A stretch of 64,000 bases of DNA, from IMG/VR virus record IMGVR_UViG_3300005201_000009; one strand, 5' to 3'. The notes below the pieces were generated by a model. That model was given only the letters and a program-made list of their open reading frames with translations. It had not been told where the DNA came from and made no database searches. Shown here in pieces: positions 28,338 to 38,364 of the stretch; the first letter of the stretch is position 1; each line of letters starts with the position of its first letter. The DNA comes from an uncultured virus (IMG/VR IMGVR_UViG_3300005201_000009). Lineage: Duplodnaviria; Heunggongvirae; Uroviricota; Caudoviricetes. A program made the translations under genes and the position numbers.

Positions 28338-29569
28338 TATTTAAACACCTGCCCCCACTTAGACTTAAACGCGCTGAGCTTTCCGTTAAGGGTGGTTAAT
28401 TTTGGCTTAGCGATCGGCCCTGTGGCGTGAAGCGCCGGGCTCCCGACAGTATCAAGATTAGTTACTATCTCGTCAAACTCCATCACCAAATCTACGAATT
28501 CGCTTATTAAAGCCCCCAGACTGGCGACCGTATTGCGTATCTCTATTAACTCAGTGCTGTCGCTTTTAATTGTTACAGCTTTTTTTGAAACAACATCTAT
28601 TTTGTCTTTAAACAACACATCTAGTTTTTTATCGAACTCCGCTGTGAGATTTGATTTACTGCTAACAGTAATATTCGCGTTCCCGCCCAGCGTTATGGCA
28701 ACCGGTGCGTCCCTATTCTCTTCTGCATCCTCAGTTTCGTCATTGCCGATCCCGATGATTATGTCCTGCGGACTGCGTATATCTCGCGTAATCGGTGACT
28801 TCCCGTGGACAACTTCAGTAATAGGGGCATCGGTTTCGATAGGATTAGCATCTTTATCTACACCCAACCCAACGTCAGTTTTTTGCTCGCCCTGTATATC
28901 GCGGGTAATAAGCGCATATTTACTGTACCGTTCCGTAACCGCCGCGTCCAGCTCAACAGGGTTGCCGTCGCTATCTTCCCAAAACCCGTACTCCCGTGTT
29001 ACCTTGTCGAGAAACTTTTGCGATAGTGGACGGCCTTCGCCGAACAGCATGGTAATAGCCTGCTCGTCTTCCTCGTCAAAAACCGCCCGGCAAAATACCG
29101 CTGCCATGGCGCCGTTGAATGTCCCTCTCCACTCGGCAATGCTGTCAATTGCAGCAACGGACTTTTCGCCATCCTTATAAAGACGAACAACGGTATCGGC
29201 AATCGATTTCGCCGCCGACATAAGCACGCCGACGCCGGAGAACTGGTTATACCCTGTCGCGTTGGAGTTTTTAACCGACACACCCGGCATAAACATTCTA
29301 GCGTCGTGCTGACGCAGAAACAATAGCAGCACCGTGTCGCCTACCTGCGGGTATATGTTCACATCAAAAAGAGCAGAAGAAAGATTGAGCAGTGTTACCG
29401 TGTAATAGCTTTTTAGGCTTGTAGCGTTGACGACCTTTTCGACGACAACGGTCTGGATGTCGATGATGCGGATTATCCTGCCATAGTCGACGATGGGCGT
29501 CGCGTGCAGGCGGGCGTTCATGTTGGTGCGGTTGTTGTTTTTGAACAGTTGGAACGCGCTTATATCCAT
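28337..29569 (-). CDS. Putative baseplate spike (gpV/gp138-like)
   Basis: N-terminal OB-fold-like 'PQVGDTVLLLF'; beta-repeats; 'GSPALH' tip. Confidence 0.6.
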   Translation of the reverse strand: MDISAFQLFKNNNRTNMNARLHATPIVDYGRIIRIIDIQTVVVEKVVNATSLKSYYTVTLLNLSSALFDVNIYPQVGDTVLLLFLRQHDARMFMPGVSVKNSNATGYNQFSGVGVLMSAAKSIADTVVRLYKDGEKSVAAIDSIAEWRGTFNGAMAAVFCRAVFDEEDEQAITMLFGEGRPLSQKFLDKVTREYGFWEDSDGNPVELDAAVTERYSKYALITRDIQGEQKTDVGLGVDKDANPIETDAPITEVVHGKSPITRDIRSPQDIIIGIGNDETEDAEENRDAPVAITLGGNANITVSSKSNLTAEFDKKLDVLFKDKIDVVSKKAVTIKSDSTELIEIRNTVASLGALISEFVDLVMEFDEIVTNLDTVGSPALHATGPIAKPKLTTLNGKLSAFKSKWGQVFK

Positions 29570-31533
29570 TATATTTTATCTCCCGGGGGGTATTCCGGCT
29601 GAAACGGGTGGCGAATGATAACAATGTCGCCAGGTTTCAACCACGCTACCTTTATTCCTGTTCGGTCGTCGCTGCCGATGCCGCCGGGATCGTTCTCAAC
29701 TGAACTGCCGCGCTTCATGTATTCGCCCGATTCATCAAAATACTGAGGGTTCCACTTTGCCAAATCCTCGAGCGCTCGTTTTTCATCGGGCTGGCCGTCT
29801 TCCGGCCAGCGGTGCGGCATAACAACCATGTAGCGGGAAACAATGTTGGCCCATGAATCACCACGGACGACCTTATGCTCGTATTCAGACCACGCAGTAT
29901 CCGACAACTTCGGCGTCTGCGCCTCTACCGGCACTTCTTCCGGCGTTTCCTCATCCGCTGTTTTAACCTGCACTCCGCTTTCTTTAGGCTCCTCTTTTTT
30001 CTCGTCGCTAATATCTATCGTGCCGTCGTCGAGTATCTTTACCGTCTTCGCGGGAAGGTCGACACACATCATCTCCATTTGGTTCGCTTCCTGCACAGTC
30101 GCAAACTCAATCGTTGCAATAATGACTAAGAAAGCATTGGTTTGCACAGGATAAAAGAAGCTGGTCATGGTGCCGAGAGAGTGCCGACTGTGAAAAAGGA
30201 CCGTCATCATCGGGCTGATAAACCCAATGAACGGGCAGCGAATGGTGCGCGTGCCGGCGGGCGTCATATCATAGATCGCCGGCAGTATTGTCGGACGCTC
30301 TTTCTGCAGCGTTTTAACAAAGGGATCTGACCACAAATGTTTATCAGTGTCCTGATCATGGTAGAAATAATAGCTACCGTCCGCAAGCAAGTACCAGCGC
30401 AGAAAAGGATAATGTTGTTGCAATTTTACTAATTGACCGCCCAGCGTATCCGCCTGCGCCATAAAAGGGGTGTTCGGGATAGGACGCAATGCCGCCATAA
30501 GCGCCGCCTTCGCATCGCTGGGAGCGTAACCGTAGAGCTTGTTGGCGTCTTTATGCCTCTTTAGAGTCTCCGACACCGTGCAGACGACGCCGAACTTGTC
30601 CGCGTCCGCAACAGTCATAATGCCGTTTCCCAAAAGGTCGACATCTTCCCACTTATTTTCGGCTTTCATCGAGGACGTTTGCTCTATGGTAAGCTGCAAC
30701 CTTGCCGTTTTACCGATGTCAACGTACTTGTCCTTGCCGTATATCCTTATCTTTAACAGCGGATTGTCATTTTCATCGACAATAACGTTGCCTTTTTCGT
30801 CTTTGGCGACCTCGGTTATGTGCAGCACATCGGGCCGGACAAACCGACGAGTGACAAATTGGTATAGTACTTCTTCTATCTCTGTAAGCCCTTCCGGGAA
30901 ATCCCCTTCGCCGTAGCCATAGCCGCTCGCGAAGTCTTTTTCTTTATGCCCCCACTTTAGCCCTTTATCCATCGTGCCGATGATGCCCTTAAAATAGATC
31001 GTCTTATCTGGCGGGTACGACGTGGGATAACCGGTCAGTATTTGTACCAATATCTCCTTACCTTGAAATACCTCGTCTTTAGACGTTAAGTAATGGTTGT
31101 TCAAATCGTAAAATTGCTTAACGTCTTTCTCATCGGCCAGCTTTCGCCAGTCGGGAAACTGGTTACGGTAGCCCATCTGGACCACGCACCATGTTATCGG
31201 GTCGCCGCCTGCGGCGTACGTTTCCGGCTCGGTCTCTTTCTCGGCGTCGCCGATGGTAAAGTTAACGATCTCAATATCGACCTCAATGGCGACGCTTTCG
31301 GCGACTTGTTTGTAGGTGATTTTAATGTCCGGTTTTTCAACACACGGCTTGAAGCTTACACCATCTTTGTGGAATACCGGTTCGTAGTCGCTGCGTATCG
31401 AGAAACTGCGCCCGGTCTTGCGGATAAACTTGAGGTTAATAATTTTGTCGTGAAGGCTGTCGGCAAAAGTCTCAGGGCTGTCGATGCCTTCCTTGACGTA
31501 CGCGCCGCCGATGAGCCTACTCGTCTGCGCCAT
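29569..31533 (-). CDS. Putative baseplate hub protein with C-terminal LysM-like motif
   Basis: 654 aa; 'HKVVRGDSWANI...LKPGDIVII'. Confidence 0.5.
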   Translation of the reverse strand: MAQTSRLIGGAYVKEGIDSPETFADSLHDKIINLKFIRKTGRSFSIRSDYEPVFHKDGVSFKPCVEKPDIKITYKQVAESVAIEVDIEIVNFTIGDAEKETEPETYAAGGDPITWCVVQMGYRNQFPDWRKLADEKDVKQFYDLNNHYLTSKDEVFQGKEILVQILTGYPTSYPPDKTIYFKGIIGTMDKGLKWGHKEKDFASGYGYGEGDFPEGLTEIEEVLYQFVTRRFVRPDVLHITEVAKDEKGNVIVDENDNPLLKIRIYGKDKYVDIGKTARLQLTIEQTSSMKAENKWEDVDLLGNGIMTVADADKFGVVCTVSETLKRHKDANKLYGYAPSDAKAALMAALRPIPNTPFMAQADTLGGQLVKLQQHYPFLRWYLLADGSYYFYHDQDTDKHLWSDPFVKTLQKERPTILPAIYDMTPAGTRTIRCPFIGFISPMMTVLFHSRHSLGTMTSFFYPVQTNAFLVIIATIEFATVQEANQMEMMCVDLPAKTVKILDDGTIDISDEKKEEPKESGVQVKTADEETPEEVPVEAQTPKLSDTAWSEYEHKVVRGDSWANIVSRYMVVMPHRWPEDGQPDEKRALEDLAKWNPQYFDESGEYMKRGSSVENDPGGIGSDDRTGIKVAWLKPGDIVIIRHPFQPEYPPGDKI

Positions 31534-31855
31534 CCGTGTCCTCGTACAATATAACCGTGCATTGATCCATGTTGTCTTTACTGAGCAGCTTCCCGCGCAA
31601 ATCGGCGTTATCGCTCTTTACGCCGACCACGCCGTCGCCGATTCCGATCACGGTCGTGCAAAACTGTGCCGTACCTGTTTCCTGTCCGGTCGTGGCGTAC
31701 TTGCGTACCAAAACCGTGATACGATTTATACGCCCCAGCCGGTTGTTGCCAAGGAACTCCTCGTCAACAATGGTGAATAACGCCTCACGGTTGCCGTAAG
31801 CGAGCGCGTACTTGTTGTTGACAAAATCGTCCTGATTAAGTATTAACTGAACCAT
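31517..31855 (-). CDS. Putative baseplate protein
   Basis: Position in the tail module. Confidence 0.5.
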   Translation of the reverse strand: MVQLILNQDDFVNNKYALAYGNREALFTIVDEEFLGNNRLGRINRITVLVRKYATTGQETGTAQFCTTVIGIGDGVVGVKSDNADLRGKLLSKDNMDQCTVILYEDTDGADE

Positions 31856-31856
31856 A

Positions 31857-32774
31857 CTAAACCCCCAATGATTGCTTTACCATGCCGCCCGCTACGCCGC
31901 CGTCAGCTGCCTGCCTAACTCCGGTCAGGTCTACCAGCGGGGCCGCCAGCGCGCCCTGCGCCGCGCCGAGGACTGTTACCGCCCAATTCCGCGACACGCT
32001 ACGCAGTTTCATTTTCGGTTCTGTCACGACCAGTACGGGCTTCTCCTGCAGCGTCAGTGTGGCACGAAACACGTCGTCTTCAGTACCCTTTTTTTCATGC
32101 GTCATATTAGTAATCTGCACATACTTGTACTGCGTGCCGGTCCACATCTTCATGCACAACGTGCGGCAACTCTCGGCCATCGCTTCCAGAGAATTCATGT
32201 TGATATACGCCGCGCCATCCATGTCCCCTACTTTCGCCACCGTGTTAGCCGCTGCCCCGGTTATGCCGGAGACGGCAAATACGGTTGAAAATATGTTTTC
32301 CCATGCGTCAGACTGGCCGCCGGTAAGGTCATTGAGGCCGGTTATCATGTCCGAAACCATTTTGACCCCATCGGTGATATGCCTGCCGATAGGCTGAAAC
32401 GGGACGATAATTTCCATATTGTAGGTAGTCGGCTGTTTGACGGAGTTGTCGATAACGCTGCGCATGACGTTCTCGCGCAACCGGTCGGCCATTTCATCCG
32501 GCTCAAGGTTTCCGGCCCCCTGCGGCTCGTACAGGACTATGCGCTTTTTGGACGTTTCGACGCTGTATACGGGGGATATTTTCAGCACGTTAAACATGCA
32601 AATAGGCAGGGTCATCTTGTCCGGGTCGGGCTGCCAGTAGCGGTCGTAGATGCAGGTAAGATTAGAGAAGTATTCCACGGCGTCAGCGGACATCTGCAGG
32701 ACGGTGGGGATGATAATGGCGTCGTTTTTCTGGGAAACGCGGTTATAAGCGCCGTTGACCGGGCCGCCGGGCAT
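31857..32774 (-). CDS. Putative tail-tube initiator/baseplate protein
   Basis: Downstream of the tape measure; 'VIDNSVKQP..Y', 'ATLTLQE'. Confidence 0.5.
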   Translation of the reverse strand: MPGGPVNGAYNRVSQKNDAIIIPTVLQMSADAVEYFSNLTCIYDRYWQPDPDKMTLPICMFNVLKISPVYSVETSKKRIVLYEPQGAGNLEPDEMADRLRENVMRSVIDNSVKQPTTYNMEIIVPFQPIGRHITDGVKMVSDMITGLNDLTGGQSDAWENIFSTVFAVSGITGAAANTVAKVGDMDGAAYINMNSLEAMAESCRTLCMKMWTGTQYKYVQITNMTHEKKGTEDDVFRATLTLQEKPVLVVTEPKMKLRSVSRNWAVTVLGAAQGALAAPLVDLTGVRQAADGGVAGGMVKQSLGV

Positions 32775-32801
32775 AGCTCCTCCTTGAAAATAGGGCTCAG
32801 T

Positions 32802-32837
32802 CTTTGTACCACGGAATTACAGAAAGTCAAGGGTTTT
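32802..32837 (-). promoter_or_regulatory. Conserved late-module promoter, copy 2
   Basis: AAAACCCTTGACTTTCTGTAATTCCGTGGTACAAAG. Confidence 0.65.
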
Positions 32838-32863
32838 GGGAACGAAAGTTGGAAAAATTCGGG

Positions 32864-32892
32864 TTGATAAACACCGGCGCGCGCACTATAAT
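32864..32892 (+). promoter_or_regulatory. Sigma70-type promoter of the moron gene
   Basis: TTGATA-N17-TATAAT, 9 nt before GTG 32902. Confidence 0.7.
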
Positions 32893-32901
32893 TAAAGCAT
32901 T

Positions 32902-33387
32902 GTGAGAAAGCTGCCTTTTATCCCTTTCTGCCTTCTTTTCTGCTTTACGACGTGCACCGACGAGACAGAGAAAATATATAGATGGGAGAATCTGGAGAAA
33001 GAGCTGCACGAGGTCGCCAAGGAAGCGGTTAAAGAAATCACTACGATGAAACGCACGATAGCCTTGGAGACAAGAAACAGCCGTGTTCGTTGCCTAGTAT
33101 CGTTAGACGACGGCTTTTGGGAAAATAATACCTACAATATAAAAACTTACTGCATGTCGTTTGAACTGCAAGAAGCAAGGCAAAAAAGAGCCGTCGAAAG
33201 GTCGCTGACACAGTCACACGGAATGCCGAACCCTGAGTGGAAAAGGGCTAAAGAATACCGCCTCGAACAGCTGAGCTGGAACGAATGCCAATCTTGGTAT
33301 TACAGCATAACCGTTATCGAATCACATGTGATGAACTTTGGTTATGGATGCACCGTTACTCTCAACTTCAAAAAAAACAGTTTATAG
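32902..33387 (+). CDS. Moron lipoprotein, counter-oriented in the tail operon
   Basis: Signal 'MRKLPFIPFCLLFCFTT-C' (spirochaetal lipobox-like); own promoter. Confidence 0.6.
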   Translation: MRKLPFIPFCLLFCFTTCTDETEKIYRWENLEKELHEVAKEAVKEITTMKRTIALETRNSRVRCLVSLDDGFWENNTYNIKTYCMSFELQEARQKRAVERSLTQSHGMPNPEWKRAKEYRLEQLSWNECQSWYYSITVIESHVMNFGYGCTVTLNFKKNSL

Positions 33388-33394
33388 ATCATGG

Positions 33395-36319
33395 CTAATC
33401 TGTGTGTTCCCAAAAATCGCTGTACGGTATGCTGGTCGAATGTACTGTCCGCGTTGCTTGATCCGCCATAAAATATGTGCTACCTAACTCTTTTCCTGCG
33501 TCGTTTTTAATAACGACAGTGTGCATGCTTCCGTTAGATGATAATTTCACTTCGACTTTAATCGCCCCTTCGCCCAACATTTGTGCCATGTAGTCTCTTG
33601 TAAAACTATTGGATATTGCGCTTGCCGTAGCCCCTTTTACAGCCCTCATCCCGGCTATGGTAGACGCGTCGTCAGCATGCTCGCGTTGATATTTTGAAGC
33701 CGCGACATAAGATGATACACTTGGATCGTGCGGCACGCTACTATTAAGATCTATCACCATGTCCGGCACGTTGGCTAGATCGCGCAAATGCTCCCACGGA
33801 TCCCGGTATGTTCTGTTCAACCTTTTGTCTCGTACGCCCGTAGGGCTACCGTACGATAACGGGAACGCCGCTATTATAGCTTGCTGCCGTTGCTCGCCTT
33901 CAAACGCGTCGATGTGGTTTATATCTGCCAACATTCCGGCCAGTCCCGTCCATGAATTCTTAGCCGCATTATCTGCTGATAGGGTGGTTGTCCTGTTGCT
34001 GTTTGTCGCCGGCCCAAACATTATTCTCGCAGCCCCTGCGCTCAACGCAGCCGGATCGCTGCCGTACGTCTCAAGTAAGCCTTTGAACATATCTATCCGC
34101 TTTTGATTTGCCCGTGCCATCTTGCTTAAAGCTTCGTCCGCAAAGTCTTCTGGGTTTGTGCTCCTTGCGTCAATCTCCCCTGTGTAGTACTTGTCATTAG
34201 CAAATTCTTCTGCGTTTTTTGTAGCTCTTTCCAGCACCACTTCCGCGCCAAACCAGTTCAGCGCCTCGTCCCATGAGCCGAAATTACCGTGCCTAGGCAT
34301 TTTTCCTTCGGCGACATCCTCAAAAGCCCTCTCTCTAAGCGTCTCATCGGTCAAACCATGTTCTTCGCGCAGCCTTTTTGTTTCGGCCTCGGCGAATTCT
34401 TTTTGTATATCATTCTCTCTTATTCTATATATATTGTTTGCCGCCGCGTTGTTGTTAAAAGCTGCTATAGCTGTGCTAAACTGCCCATAGGTCACAATAT
34501 TGGCAAACTCCAACACAGCTCTTAGTATCTGCCGTAAAAAGTTGATTACAGGATCTAGGTTAGCAAGTATTTTTACTAAGATGCCGTCTTTAATAGCAGA
34601 GGCGTCTGCCCCTAGCTGCCGCCCTCTATTGCCCGCATTTTCCGCCCTCACAGCCGCAATCGGCCCTGACACCTGATACGGCGTGAACTCGGCCCCTAAC
34701 TCCAAAGACATAAGCTTAATGAAGTCACCGTTTTTTTCCACAACCTCGTTGAGAACATATTTATTCCTCTCGTCAGGTAACTCTTTCCATCTGTTATATA
34801 ATTCATTGAAGGTTTGCGATCCGCCGTCGCCAAATGATTTTCCAAGGCTTATTATATTGCGGGCAGCGGCATCCCCAATCTCCAACCCGTCCGCTGCAGC
34901 CGTAATCCCCTGAAAAGTGGCCTTTGCAACGTCATTTATCGCAGCATGCACCGGCGCGGTAACATCGCCCAAACCATCCGGCCTTAGGTAATCAACAGCG
35001 GCATTAATAAACCCGCCGCCCACTTTCCCCGACAGTGCGGCCATCGGGCCGACAGCACCTGCAATATCTTGATTGACAACGTCCGCGAGTTTTTCATGGA
35101 CGACGCCGATAAAGTTGCCGATCATTTCCTTGCCGCGCTCGTCGCCGGTCAGCTTTAATCCAAGCTGCTCGTAAACCGCCAACACCTCTTGCGGCACGTT
35201 ATAACGGGCTTCCTTCGCAGCCAGCCTATGTACATTCGCCGCAATAGCCGGCAACTGCGACAAAAACTTAACCATCGCGCTAACCGCAGCCCCGATTATA
35301 CTTAATGCGGCCCCGACAGCTTGCGCCCGCGCGCCGGCCATCGCTTTGTTTAACAACCGACCGCCAGCCGTGCGGTTGCGCCTGCGCGCCTTGATCGATC
35401 TCCTTAGCGCCTGCGCTATCGGCAGGTTTCGATTCTCTTTCTTATTCGCCCACGCGAGCTGCGCGTTTTCCTGCGCGACGGAGTTGTCAAGGCCGCGCCC
35501 GACCCTCGCGTTGTACTCCGGCGTCCCCGGCGTCCGTTCCGCCTTGGCGATGCGTTCCTTGTCGGCGCGGTTGTTGATTTTCTGGATGCGCTGCATTTCT
35601 TCCATGGCGAGCAGGCTGTGCGGGTTTTCCTCGATGTATTTCTGCTTCGCGCTTTTGTCCGCTGTTTTAAGCCTGTCACGGAACGCGACTCTCTTTTGCG
35701 CCAACTGCTCAATACTCGCCGGGCTCGCGCCGTCGGCAAGGGCAGAAGAAAGCGATGTGCCGGCAGTAAATAAAGAATTGCTGCTGGTTATGTCACTGTC
35801 GAGAATGCCCGCCGGATTTTTTGCGCTCATTGTGCCGGGCATGAGTATCTTTGCAACACCGGTCATCTTGTTGGTATCCAGTGAGCCACCGGCCTCCAAC
35901 ACACGTCGTTTTACCTCGGACAGCATGCGCGGGCTAAGTATAATCCGCTCGAACTCAGACCACGTCTTGCGCTGCTGGTTGGCTATTCTAAAAGGAGGCG
36001 GCTTATTCGTGCCGGCAACGTTGCCGTTATCATCTAACTTACCATAGCCCAGATCATCGGGTAGTTGGGCAAGAATCTTGTTAACCGCGTTTTGTATTTT
36101 CTCCGGCCCGTGATAAGCATAGCTTATCGTACTCCTCGCCGCCTTTTCATCCTTATGCACGCGCCGCAGCACTTCGCCCTTTGCGGAAAGCGTTTTAAGC
36201 GCTTTCTCAATGCGCCTCTCTACCTCGGCCTGCCTCGCCAAACCGTCAGGACTGCTTGTGTCAGTTATAAGATCAAATTGGTTATAAGTACGCCTTGGTG
36301 ATTTAGGATTATTTGCCAT
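33395..36319 (-). CDS. Tape measure protein
   Basis: 974-aa Ala-rich helical ORF directly after the tail assembly chaperones. Confidence 0.7.
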   Translation of the reverse strand: MANNPKSPRRTYNQFDLITDTSSPDGLARQAEVERRIEKALKTLSAKGEVLRRVHKDEKAARSTISYAYHGPEKIQNAVNKILAQLPDDLGYGKLDDNGNVAGTNKPPPFRIANQQRKTWSEFERIILSPRMLSEVKRRVLEAGGSLDTNKMTGVAKILMPGTMSAKNPAGILDSDITSSNSLFTAGTSLSSALADGASPASIEQLAQKRVAFRDRLKTADKSAKQKYIEENPHSLLAMEEMQRIQKINNRADKERIAKAERTPGTPEYNARVGRGLDNSVAQENAQLAWANKKENRNLPIAQALRRSIKARRRNRTAGGRLLNKAMAGARAQAVGAALSIIGAAVSAMVKFLSQLPAIAANVHRLAAKEARYNVPQEVLAVYEQLGLKLTGDERGKEMIGNFIGVVHEKLADVVNQDIAGAVGPMAALSGKVGGGFINAAVDYLRPDGLGDVTAPVHAAINDVAKATFQGITAAADGLEIGDAAARNIISLGKSFGDGGSQTFNELYNRWKELPDERNKYVLNEVVEKNGDFIKLMSLELGAEFTPYQVSGPIAAVRAENAGNRGRQLGADASAIKDGILVKILANLDPVINFLRQILRAVLEFANIVTYGQFSTAIAAFNNNAAANNIYRIRENDIQKEFAEAETKRLREEHGLTDETLRERAFEDVAEGKMPRHGNFGSWDEALNWFGAEVVLERATKNAEEFANDKYYTGEIDARSTNPEDFADEALSKMARANQKRIDMFKGLLETYGSDPAALSAGAARIMFGPATNSNRTTTLSADNAAKNSWTGLAGMLADINHIDAFEGEQRQQAIIAAFPLSYGSPTGVRDKRLNRTYRDPWEHLRDLANVPDMVIDLNSSVPHDPSVSSYVAASKYQREHADDASTIAGMRAVKGATASAISNSFTRDYMAQMLGEGAIKVEVKLSSNGSMHTVVIKNDAGKELGSTYFMADQATRTVHSTSIPYSDFWEHTD

Positions 36320-36644
36320 TATCCGCTCCCGCTTTTGCCGCAGCCATCGCCATCTCCCTCAGCACGCCTTTGGCTTTGCTGTAATTCACGAACTCGAACA
36401 GCTCCTCATAGCACACCGGCTTGCCGTGCATCTCGTGTATAAACTCATAACAGAGATACAAAAGAGGCTCGCCGAAATACTCCTTGATTATGTAGCCGGA
36501 GCTGTCTTCGCCTTTTTCTCCCTCTTCGTTTTTTTGCCGCCCGCGCTTGCTGCTGCCTGTGCCTGCGGCGCACTTTTGCCAGGCAGCGGCGATTTTTTTG
36601 AGATGTGCGCCGCCATAAACTCCGTGAGCCACGTCACTAAACAC
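36309..36644 (-). CDS. Tail assembly chaperone, frameshift extension (gpT-like)
   Basis: -1 frame relative to 36488-37021; reachable through A AAA AAA at 36593-36599. Confidence 0.6.
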   Translation of the reverse strand: MFSDVAHGVYGGAHLKKIAAAWQKCAAGTGSSKRGRQKNEEGEKGEDSSGYIIKEYFGEPLLYLCYEFIHEMHGKPVCYEELFEFVNYSKAKGVLREMAMAAAKAGADNGK

Positions 36645-37021
36645 GGGAATTGATCTATCGCTTCAATGCCGCGCAGGTTCATGTACCGGTCGACGACATA
36701 GAAGTTGCACAGCTCCGTTTTAGAGCCGTCATAATTGATGAGGTTGATATGTATCGGCTTTTTTTCCAGCATCTGCATAGTCAGATCGTACATGGTATCG
36801 AAGTCGGTAAGCTGCGTGAGTGCTCGACATTCTTCCAGCAAATCAGGTTGTGTCAGTCCGTCGGGAAAAACATACTCGATGTGGTTTTGTTTAATGTCCT
36901 CACGTAGAATGTCCCACGCTTCCTGATCTTCCAGTATGGAAGCGTCAAAAACAAGCGGCCCCTGCGCCTGCGCTACCGTCGGTTCCGGGGGCGGCTGCCC
37001 GATAAAACTTACATTTTCCAT
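36488..37021 (-). CDS. Tail assembly chaperone (gpG-like)
   Basis: Between tube and tape measure; AGGAGG RBS; slippery site. Confidence 0.65.
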   Translation of the reverse strand: MENVSFIGQPPPEPTVAQAQGPLVFDASILEDQEAWDILREDIKQNHIEYVFPDGLTQPDLLEECRALTQLTDFDTMYDLTMQMLEKKPIHINLINYDGSKTELCNFYVVDRYMNLRGIEAIDQFPCLVTWLTEFMAAHISKKSPLPGKSAPQAQAAASAGGKKTKREKKAKTAPAT

Positions 37022-37035
37022 GTATTCCTCCTTGC

Positions 37036-37212
37036 TTAAACCTCCACGTCTAGAAGCAGCTCCGCGTTGAGCTTATCTTCAAGCACGCGCTTCTTGATAT
37101 CGTGAGGCAGCTTATCGACAGGGCATATTTTCACCCACTTCCGTTTTGATTCATCCCAACAGTAGGTACAGCCATCGCTTTCAGCAGTGTAATGAATTTT
37201 ATAATCACCCAT
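37036..37212 (-). CDS. Small protein, paralog 1 of an interspersed family
   Basis: MGDYKIHYTAESDGCTYCWDESKRKWVKICPVDKLPHDIKKRVL; AGGAGG RBS. Confidence 0.6.
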   Translation of the reverse strand: MGDYKIHYTAESDGCTYCWDESKRKWVKICPVDKLPHDIKKRVLEDKLNAELLLDVEV

Positions 37213-37252
37213 AAACCCCTCCTTGCAAAATATCCTCCTTGCGAAAACAGAA

Positions 37253-37310
37253 AAGAAAAACAGGCGACGAACGGCCAAGGAGGAAACCGAGGAAATCCGC
37301 CCGCCGCCTG
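37253..37310 (-). terminator. Rho-independent terminator after the tail tube gene
   Basis: CAGGCGGCGGGCGG...CCGTTCGTCGCCTG then TTTTTCTTTT. Confidence 0.65.
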
Positions 37311-37323
37311 AAATACACATTAA

Positions 37324-38175
37324 CTACGGACTGCCGGCCTGACCTTGAGCGCCTGTGGACAAGGGAGCGTCCCATTCCTTAGTTCCACCTCTGCTTTGCT
37401 CGCCATCTACCACAATGTTTTGCAAGTCAGGAATAAATCCTGTCCCGGTGGGATCCTGCGCCAAAGCACTGTCAAAATCGCCTAAACCGCTGTCAGCATC
37501 TCTAGAATCCATACCCTCGATGTCACCTACCGCCAACGGCTTACCGCCGAAGAAGTTAGCTTGATTCTCCGCCTTAGTGATGCTGTACGCGTTGTAGTGC
37601 GCCTTGATACCCTGACTGTTGCCGACCGCCCAAATGACCTTCTTGAGGCTAGCCGCTGCCGAAACACCTTGTACCCATCCGGCGTACGCGAGCACGACCG
37701 GGTACGGCACCAGCGCGTTGCCCGCGTCTTTGGCGTGCGGCACGCGCTTTGCAGAGACACCATAAAACGTCATTACGATACGCTTGCCGTTAACTTCTTT
37801 AATGCGGGTCATTATGCCGCCCAAGGTGTCCTTTGACGCGATGATCAAGTGCAGCGCCGATACAAAGTCGCCGTCGCCGACCAGTTCGGACGTGCGCAAC
37901 ACTTGCAGCGTCATTTCGCCCGCCATCAGATGGTTGGTGATGGTAACAGTCGAACCGTCGACCATCACTTCCTGTACCGAGCTGTCGTGCGTCGGGTTGG
38001 CATCAAAGAACGTGTCGTTGAGACGCAGGCACTTCGACACATCAATCTCGTCAACCGGGCTTGCCGCATTTATTTGCCCCGCTAGAAACGGATGGCGCCA
38101 TAAATACTGTGTGCCGCCGGCAGCCTGAAAGTTAGCGCGCGGATGCGCCGCCGCTCTGTTATTTGCAAATGGCAT
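37324..38175 (-). CDS. Putative tail tube protein
   Basis: Follows the sheath-like gene; 'DG...N...G..TL.VL.TS' pattern. Confidence 0.6.
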   Translation of the reverse strand: MPFANNRAAAHPRANFQAAGGTQYLWRHPFLAGQINAASPVDEIDVSKCLRLNDTFFDANPTHDSSVQEVMVDGSTVTITNHLMAGEMTLQVLRTSELVGDGDFVSALHLIIASKDTLGGIMTRIKEVNGKRIVMTFYGVSAKRVPHAKDAGNALVPYPVVLAYAGWVQGVSAAASLKKVIWAVGNSQGIKAHYNAYSITKAENQANFFGGKPLAVGDIEGMDSRDADSGLGDFDSALAQDPTGTGFIPDLQNIVVDGEQSRGGTKEWDAPLSTGAQGQAGSP

Positions 38176-38179
38176 GTGT

Positions 38180-38353
38180 TTACTCCTCTCCAACGATCTG
38201 GCCGTCAGATATTTTTAACAATTCTTGATAAACCTCGCGCGGAACATCCCTAACGCTCAGAGGTTGTGCAACAATGGTTAGCTGCTCAACCTGATTCTTA
38301 ACAGGATTCCAGTGATACCATTTATCGCCATACTTTACCGATTTTACAGGCAT
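38180..38353 (-). CDS. Small protein, paralog 2 (57 aa)
   Basis: MPVKSVKYGDKWYHWNPVKNQVEQLTIVAQPLSVRDVPREVYQELL; AGGAGG RBS; not in the ORF track. Confidence 0.6.
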   Translation of the reverse strand: MPVKSVKYGDKWYHWNPVKNQVEQLTIVAQPLSVRDVPREVYQELLKISDGQIVGEE

Positions 38354-38364
38354 AACTACCTCCT

